Source: Octopus sinensis (lineage: Eukaryota). Taken from it: a DNA stretch of 64,000 nucleotides. Of this stretch, positions 59,801-64,000 are shown one piece after another (positions within the stretch are counted from its first letter, which is position 1; each line of letters begins with the position of its first letter). The position numbers and the translations under genes are program-made. The stretch is taken from the NCBI RefSeq assembly GCF_006345805.1, contig NC_042997.1, positions 71,548,001 to 71,612,000 of the forward strand. The letters are read 5' to 3'. Below the pieces are notes generated by a model that did no database searches, was not told where the DNA came from, and saw nothing but the letters and a program-made list of their open reading frames with translations.

Positions 59801-62800
59801 TTCCCTCTGAATTGGCTGATATTGAGCATAGAAGTAAGATGAGCTGATCATTTGTGGAAAGAAAATGTAAGTCACTAATCATTGTGGGATAAAGTCAAGA
59901 TAATAGAGAGGGAACAATAATGAAAGATAACTGAAAAAATTTTGAGATTTCTTAACCTCATCAGTAGACTAAGTTTGTAGGACCATTAAAAAATATGTTT
60001 ACAGCTCCTTATTCCTGTTACTCTATTGTTCTACAGAACAGTAGAATAGTGAATATAAGTTTCAAATGTCAGGTGTTAAATGTTGTCATAACCTAGCAAG
60101 CATAAGTTCAATTTGTGTTTAGTCAATCTATATATATTGAAGTTCAGGCAGAACAAGTAAGAGACATTGCAGGTAGGAGAATAACTAATACAAAAATATC
60201 CTAGATCTGGACAGTGGAATGAGAACAATATATCTGCATGGATTTAATAAAGGGTCCATTTTGAAGTTCCAAGAATACTACCCAATACAACAGATACCTG
60301 AAGAAGGCCAGAAGGTACAACAGCTGAAATATCATACCAATAAGATCCAAGACAAGAATCCAGTCTGAATAAATGTATAACTGCTACAAGCTGTTATCAC
60401 TTTCTAGTGCTATTAACAGGACTAAAAAATGGTGATTTAGCAAGAATACTAGTCTACACTCTTTCTGATATTTTGTTTTCATCCTTTCTGCTCAAAGTTC
60501 ACATCCCACTATGGTATACATTACCATCCACTCCTCCATCTGCAATATGTTGGGCTTGATTCAATTGTCTATACCTTCTCCCCGTAAAAACATTCACCTT
60601 ACTCGCTTGAAATAAATTAATGTTGTTGATAGTTTTGTTGCTCTCTTCTCTTTAAAGACAACAGAGGCATTGTATGTGTTCTGTTTTAAGCGAGACCAGA
60701 ATGAAGAAGATGTAGTGGAAACTCGTCAACTATTGATAGCCTATTTCAGTGGATTGCTCCGGTAAGACACAAGATCACACTTTTTCTTATTCGTTACTAT
60801 TTCTTACTAGTTTATATACATACTAATTATCACACTGAAGCTTAGTCAGCTGGAGAATATAGATGCTATGAATGAGGTTGGACCATGTTGTCAGATTAAT
60901 TTTCTTGTAGTCACCCTGTTACCTTATTGGAAATTTTGAGTGAAACCATGACCTTGAAATAGCTAAGAGTAAACCTAATTGGAAACAGTATTAAGAAATA
61001 AGCTTATAATTATCTGCACCAATAGTTTCATCTGTAAAGAAGAAACAACAGTATGATCATTGTTGATTTACACCTGCTTTATATGCTGGTATAGGTTGGA
61101 CAGGTCATTGTTGTCCAAGTTCTTATTTGAAGTTACTGCCTTCCTAAGCAGAATGAAGGACCACAGCTCACTAATGCCATGATTTCTATAACCTTTTATA
61201 ATGTCAACTACTGCATAGGTGTACTGTGTACATTTTATTGTGCTACTAGCACTAGGGCCTTGATCCCTTGCAAAACTAAGAGTCTCCTTTACTGTCTTTG
61301 TCCATTTAAGGCAAGTGTTATCAGGAGAACAAGTAGAAGAGGAATGCTGGAGGGTGAAAGGGAAAAGAGATGAAAAGAAGCAGTGATAGCTATATATTGG
61401 TTGTTGGTAGGAGGCTGAATAGAAATCAGCATGATAGAATATCAAAAAAGATATGTTGTAGGAGAGAGAGTTGATGAGGGATAGTAACATAGATAGGTGA
61501 TGGCAAGTAAGAATATGTACAAGGGTAATTCCATCTCTAATTGTTTGGGCAGCAAGATGGAAAAGAAGTAGAGTGATAATGACAATAGGTAATGGTGAAC
61601 AAGTGAGTGAAATATCAGCAGAGAAAATAATAGTTAGCAGTAGAGGGTGACAGTAAGGATTACTAAATATGAACAAATCTTTACACAGGTATCATAGTGG
61701 AGGAAAACTGCAATGATAGAGAGGTGATGGTGAGGTAGAATGAGAATGGGTTGTGGTGAATTAAGAGTTCAAATGCCATCTCTCATTACACTGACAGTGT
61801 GTTACACTGTATAGGATAGGGTTTTGTTGGTGAGAGGGTGATGAATAGGGCAGTAGATAGACTTAACAGCAGTATACAGAGTGAGAGACCCAATGATATA
61901 TTATACATCCCAACTGTCACTACTACCACCACCACCACTTTTCTCTTAGATTGCATGTAATCCTTGTGCATCTACAGCTTACACTGGTACATAATGTGGA
62001 ATTTCCACCTATTTTTCTGCATGTTTAATATGACCGTTTCTCAACATTTAAAAAAAAATTTTACATCTGCATTGTCAGAGGGCTGTGGATTGGCAAAAGT
62101 GTTAGAGCACTGGGCAAAATATCATTAGTTACAAGCTTTCATGTTCTGAGTTCAAATACTGCCAAAGTCAGCTTTGTCTTTTATCCTCTCTGGGATTGAT
62201 AAGGTATCACTACAGTAATGAGATCAATTTAATTGACTGCACCTTTCCCCAAATGGTGCCAGTGATTACGTTTATTATACATTCTGATTACTTTTACTCA
62301 AAACACTATTAGATGTCTTATTTTTGGTTGTGTACTGGATTTGAACTAAAATCTTTAGCTCTAAATTAAGTGTAAGAATGCTCATATCCACAGTGTGTCA
62401 GTCACTTGGCGCATTGATAAAAGCATATGCTGTACACGTCAAGAAATAGATATTTGATGATAATTTGAGACTGGCTCAATCAAAACGTAGTGCAGATATT
62501 AATATTTCCTTTCATTTCTGAATATGAAATTGATTGTATGAATAATTATGATCTAATTAACAACGCCACTTGGCCATTTAGACATTTAATGTACTGTGAA
62601 GTATTCCTACAGTATATATAAAACACCATTAACTTTTTAGTGTATGTTTTTCTGTACTGATGTGTTCAGTGGGACTGCAATGATCCTGCAATGTCTATCA
62701 ATCTGGTTTAGTTTTCCTTAATTTTCTCACACATCAGTATTTTATTCAACCAGCTCAACTTATGTCTCAGTAGCATACATCTTTGCTTGTCAGTAACAAT

Positions 62801-63226
62801 GTAGTCACTACTCTTACATTGATAAAAGTATTGCTCTTTTATATTCATTCGCCATGCACATTCCAGAATTCATTCAACTTCAGTCTTTATTGGTCCCCTG
62901 TATTCACTTATTTGGTTTTTCTTCTCACGCACCCGTAAAATATCACCAAGAAATGCATAAAATTTCATGATTTGTACACACAGCAAAAAATTTCTATAAT
63001 CCTTTATGCTGCATTTTGAAGGATTTTAGGATATATTTTTTATTGCTTTGTTATATCTTCTTTTTGTGTATGAATCTAAAAAAAAAACCTTTGTATTCTC
63101 CAGACCTGGTCATGTGACATGCCGTGTTGCTGATGAATTACCATGGCTGCTGAAAGAAAGTGGAGATATCGATGGCTTGAAGAAGTGTATTCTTAACCTC
63201 TGTATCTTTCAGCGTCTCTATGCTCG
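24059..63226 (+). CDS. NPHP3: Nephrocystin-3 (ciliary coiled-coil + NACHT-like NTPase + TPR protein); 18 coding exons in window, 3'-incomplete
   Basis: All introns GT-AG with consistent phases. The spliced translation matches human NPHP3 as I recall it: [22 protein letters not shown]|[53 protein letters not shown]|[44 protein letters not shown]. Exons are listed separately below. Confidence 0.95.
25690..26130 (-). mobile_element. RTE-type LINE 3' UTR fragment; related fragments at about 37850-38100(+) and 39470-39600(-)
   Basis: (atc)n tail and ccatgctagcatgggtt / cagctggatgc..cctaac motifs shared with the coding RTE copy at 57855-58885. Confidence 0.75.
27483..27630 (+). CDS. NPHP3: NPHP3 coding exon 2 ([24 protein letters not shown]...)
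   Basis: ttcttccag acceptor, GTAAAT donor, phase 0 to 1. Confidence 0.93.
28362..28508 (+). CDS. NPHP3: NPHP3 coding exon 3 (GSAYPGDWW...GPFTNVNK)
   Basis: ccttgcag acceptor, GTCAGT donor, phase 1 to 1. Confidence 0.93.
29146..30334 (-). mobile_element. Non-autonomous Helitron/HINE-like element in an NPHP3 intron
   Basis: Minus-strand 5' TCTAAATATATATATAAA..(TCTG)n at 30334; 3' hairpin and CTAG at 29146; internal direct repeat ttatagatttttattgaaatc at about 29595 and 30186. Confidence 0.55.
30487..30780. mobile_element. Long-TIR MITE (114-bp arms, TGT...ACA ends)
   Basis: Arms 30487-30600 and 30667-30780 differ at 13/114 positions, 12 of them transitions. Confidence 0.9.
30868..31872. mobile_element. 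Head-to-head RTE insertion: minus 3' UTR (30868-31080) joined to plus RT-end + 3' UTR (31085-31872)
   Basis: Plus part encodes [16 protein letters not shown]...[10 protein letters not shown]...[17 protein letters not shown] remnants and ends in (gat)n; minus part has a tail at its left end. Confidence 0.8.
32077..32210 (+). CDS. NPHP3: NPHP3 coding exon 4 ([10 protein letters not shown]...EFDIFQK)
   Basis: cttcattag acceptor, GTAAAT donor, phase 1 to 0. Confidence 0.9.
33833..33931 (+). CDS. NPHP3: NPHP3 coding exon 5 ([10 protein letters not shown]...SLSST)
   Basis: ctttgcag acceptor, GTTTGT donor (alternative GTGAGC at 33914 possible), phase 0 to 0; resembles human DYSPKL. Confidence 0.85.
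34577..34662 (+). CDS. NPHP3: NPHP3 coding exon 6 ([22 protein letters not shown]...)
   Basis: cctgacag acceptor, GTAACA donor, phase 0 to 2. Confidence 0.75.
35673..35750 (+). CDS. NPHP3: NPHP3 coding exon 7 (FNSWEYSW...RPAVFCLRE)
   Basis: ttatttcag acceptor, GTAAGT donor, phase 2 to 2; weak homology, placed mainly by phase continuity. Confidence 0.7.
37093..37219 (+). CDS. NPHP3: NPHP3 coding exon 8 (YDGTQ...[18 protein letters not shown])
   Basis: cttttcag acceptor, GTAAGC donor, phase 2 to 0. Confidence 0.85.
38219..38392 (+). CDS. NPHP3: NPHP3 coding exon 9 (ELGIDAK...LWDIQ...CELGFEK)
   Basis: ttacacag acceptor, GTAAAT donor, 174 nt, phase 0 to 0. Confidence 0.93.
38782..38930. repeat. 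Compound trinucleotide microsatellite (GCT)n(ACT)n(AAT)n(GAT)n
   Basis: Directly visible. Many (CA)n, (TA)n and (CT)n tracts also occur, e.g. 1180-1360, 2844-2915, 7091-7165, 8960-9056, 22845-22869. Confidence 0.95.
40415..40518 (+). CDS. NPHP3: NPHP3 coding exon 10, P-loop exon (YYEQLN...[20 protein letters not shown])
   Basis: atttcag acceptor, GTAAAT donor, 104 nt, phase 0 to 2. Confidence 0.95.
40624..40841. mobile_element. Fold-back MITE with about 100-bp arms
   Basis: Perfect 42-bp IR 40649-40690 vs 40777-40818, extended by imperfect arms on both sides; 12-nt loop. Confidence 0.9.
42380..42710 (-). mobile_element. tRNA-derived CORE-type SINE
   Basis: Minus-strand head ggaggtgcatggcttagtggttaggatattggactcatgatcgtaagattgtggttttgattcctggac followed by a cttgagcaa CORE-like segment. 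Confidence 0.7.
42929..43043 (+). CDS. NPHP3: NPHP3 coding exon 11 (TQLHQEKYP...MIRRFTAQ)
   Basis: ttttgtag acceptor, GTATTT donor, 115 nt, phase 2 to 0. Confidence 0.93.
44427..44570 (+). CDS. NPHP3: NPHP3 coding exon 12, Walker B exon (LMQH...EEFPRWLEK...[12 protein letters not shown])
   Basis: ccacag acceptor, GTAAGT donor, 144 nt, phase 0 to 0. Confidence 0.95.
44682..44757. repeat. Mini fold-back (Tc1/mariner-like micro-MITE)
   Basis: 21-bp arms 44692-44712 and 44727-44747 with one G-T mismatch; outer ttatac/gtataa. Confidence 0.75.
45614..45711 (+). CDS. NPHP3: NPHP3 coding exon 13 ([17 protein letters not shown]...CPQSWR)
   Basis: cttctcaag acceptor (AAG), GTAAGA donor, 98 nt, phase 0 to 2. 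Confidence 0.93.
46455..46640 (+). CDS. NPHP3: NPHP3 coding exon 14 ([11 protein letters not shown]...LTRHIVW)
   Basis: cttctag acceptor, GTAAGT donor, 186 nt, phase 2 to 2. Confidence 0.95.
47519..50537 (+). mobile_element. CR1-clade LINE, 5'-truncated within ORF1, complete ORF2 (APE endonuclease + reverse transcriptase)
   Basis: EN motifs LNARS, TETW, GGGV, YRPP, GDFN, LDL, SDH; RT motifs [37 protein letters not shown]; CR1-type C-terminus ([24 protein letters not shown]); (TTA)n tail 50519-50537. Confidence 0.95.
47709..50467 (+). pseudogene. CR1 ORF2 split into four ORFs by three single-base indels (about 48700, 49693, 50003), no internal nonsense codons
   Basis: ORF-track pieces 47709-48731, 48707-49705, 49659-50006 and 50021-50467 rejoin by adding one A to an A6 run, removing one G from aagg, and adding one T to tatt. 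Confidence 0.88.
50752..53494 (+). mobile_element. Full-length hAT DNA transposon, Buster/Charlie (SPIN/ZBED5-like) family
   Basis: 16-bp TIR CAGTGGTTCCCAAACT at both ends; subterminal GAGTC(G/A)CGACCCA; perfect 8-bp TSD CTCCAGCC at 50744-50751 and 53495-53502. Confidence 0.97.
51480..53371 (+). pseudogene. Buster-type transposase with two nonsense codons (TAG 51681-51683, TGA 53108-53110) and one -1 deletion in a T8 run (about 52090)
   Basis: MDKWLK start, BED finger C..C...HLETKH, catalytic LQLDEST / CTDGA / ICEAEFS, C..H (HCNLH), RWLSR. Confidence 0.92.
54739..54880 (+). CDS. NPHP3: NPHP3 coding exon 15 (TMKRSEK...[13 protein letters not shown]...DIMVQ)
   Basis: tttctcag acceptor, GTAATT donor, phase 2 to 0. 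Confidence 0.88.
55524..55645. repeat. Minisatellite, about 44-bp unit x3
   Basis: catatatgtaaatatgatatatatacacatgtccagtatatata repeated with variants. Confidence 0.8.
55720..56430 (-). mobile_element. Degenerate RTE/BovB-like LINE 3' fragment
   Basis: [25 protein letters not shown]...[16 protein letters not shown], the RTE post-RT motif; frameshifted. Confidence 0.75.
57410..57614 (-). mobile_element. Second mariner MITE copy (opposite orientation), nested in a Meta-type SINE
   Basis: cgagggtgtgctgaaaagttc ... ggaactttccagcaccccgtcg; the TA flanks have decayed to TG and CA. Confidence 0.8.
57855..58885 (+). mobile_element. RTE LINE 3' fragment (RT C-terminus + long 3' UTR + (gat)n tail)
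   Basis: [15 protein letters not shown]...[11 protein letters not shown]; [11 protein letters not shown]; [17 protein letters not shown]; UTR with (gaaatc)n and repeated gtggcacgtaa..acc. Confidence 0.9.
59006..59170 (+). CDS. NPHP3: NPHP3 coding exon 16 ([17 protein letters not shown]...PAHEQ)
   Basis: ctcatcag acceptor, GTCAGT donor, 165 nt, phase 0 to 0. Confidence 0.93.
60658..60761 (+). CDS. NPHP3: NPHP3 coding exon 17 (TTEALYVF...[15 protein letters not shown])
   Basis: ctctttaaag acceptor (AAG), GTAAGA donor, phase 0 to 2; resembles human YRQKLINYF. Confidence 0.82.
63104..63226 (+). CDS. NPHP3: NPHP3 coding exon 18 ([16 protein letters not shown]...QRLYAR)
   Basis: attctccag acceptor, GTGGGT donor, 123 nt, phase 2 to 2; the gene continues beyond the window. 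Confidence 0.93.
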
Positions 63227-64000
63227 GTGGGTTTTTCCATTTTTTTTTTCAAAAATTGTCCTTATTTGTTCTTTTAAATTTTTGTCCGTTTTCTATTATA
63301 ACCATGAACTTTAAAGAAATTCCCATGTTAGGACTTTACATGTTAGTATTCATCAAATTTGGGTATTGTATCAAATAGAGTTGGCTTTGTTTTTGAGAAC
63401 CAATTAATATTTTATTTAGCCTTGAATACTCTTTGAACTATTCAAGACCTAAATGTTCTCCACTTCAATGTGAATTGTACATATTTTGTGTAATTGCTTC
63501 ATGCTCTTTTCATATGATAATTCTGTTTCCATTGGGAATAAAAAATGCTCCTTCTCAAAATTAAATTCAGAGTTACTTGAAGCATTTTAAGAAGATAATG
63601 CTTTGGTTAATACTGCTTATTGTAATGTCTTTGACAAATGGTAGAATGGCATTAATGAATTATTTTAAGTGGTTTGATGATTACATTAGGATATTAGTAT
63701 TGACTATGGCTAGATTTACTTTCCAGTTTTCATTGTTTAGTTTATGAAGAAAGAACCTACTAATCCTAGGTCAATGTGGACTGCAGTTCTGGTGATAAAA
63801 GATCATGTCAAGTATTTAATAAAAGGCTGATGCAGTTTAAAACAGTAAGAATGACAGAATGAGGAGAGACAGTTGAATCAAGTGACACACAGTTTGTGAG
63901 TTCAGAGGAGCAAGAATTGTTGTTGTAGTACTATATTCTTGAGTGAAGTTTTGGATACTTCTTGGTTGCTGCCTTTAATAGTTTTGTGTGGAGTGGCTCC

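Noticed and set aside
61068-61676. 202-aa minus-strand ORF
   Set aside because: Runs through low-complexity purine/pyrimidine-skewed intron sequence that is poor in stops on that strand; no recognisable domain.

Overview
AT-rich, repeat-dense eukaryotic DNA. The SINE, RTE and MITE families and the long microsatellites point to a coleoid cephalopod, most likely Octopus (inferred from repeat families I recall). The only protein-coding host gene I can support is a nephrocystin-3 (NPHP3) orthologue on the + strand. It has 18 phase-consistent coding exons from ATG 24059 to 63226 (2606 nt, about 868 codons) and continues past the window end, so the TPR region is not reached. Upstream lie three tRNA-Ser genes (3411-3492 minus, UGA; 7269-7350 plus, CGA; 13350-13431 plus, CGA) and candidate RFX X-box promoter elements. 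One NPHP3 intron (46641-54738) holds two young, nearly complete elements: a CR1-clade LINE (about 47519-50537) and a Buster-type hAT transposon (50752-53494) with a perfect 8-bp TSD. Also present: a Penelope-like GIY-YIG remnant with a hammerhead-like motif, a CRE-like LINE 3' end, a probable L1/Tx1-like ORF1 5' fragment, RTE fragments, non-autonomous Helitron-like elements, mariner/hAT/TTAA-type MITEs and many SINEs. Most interesting: (1) the CR1 ORF1/ORF2 junction looks like a -1 ribosomal frameshift cassette (G GGA AAC slippery site, AUG-less ORF2, 15-bp dual-coding hairpin); (2) the NPHP3 Walker A lysine is replaced by arginine; (3) twin identical X-boxes upstream; (4) hammerhead relics; (5) long intronic fold-backs that could be ADAR substrates; (6) a visible CpG-decay boundary at about 18.5 kb. 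All calls are by eye; no searches were run.
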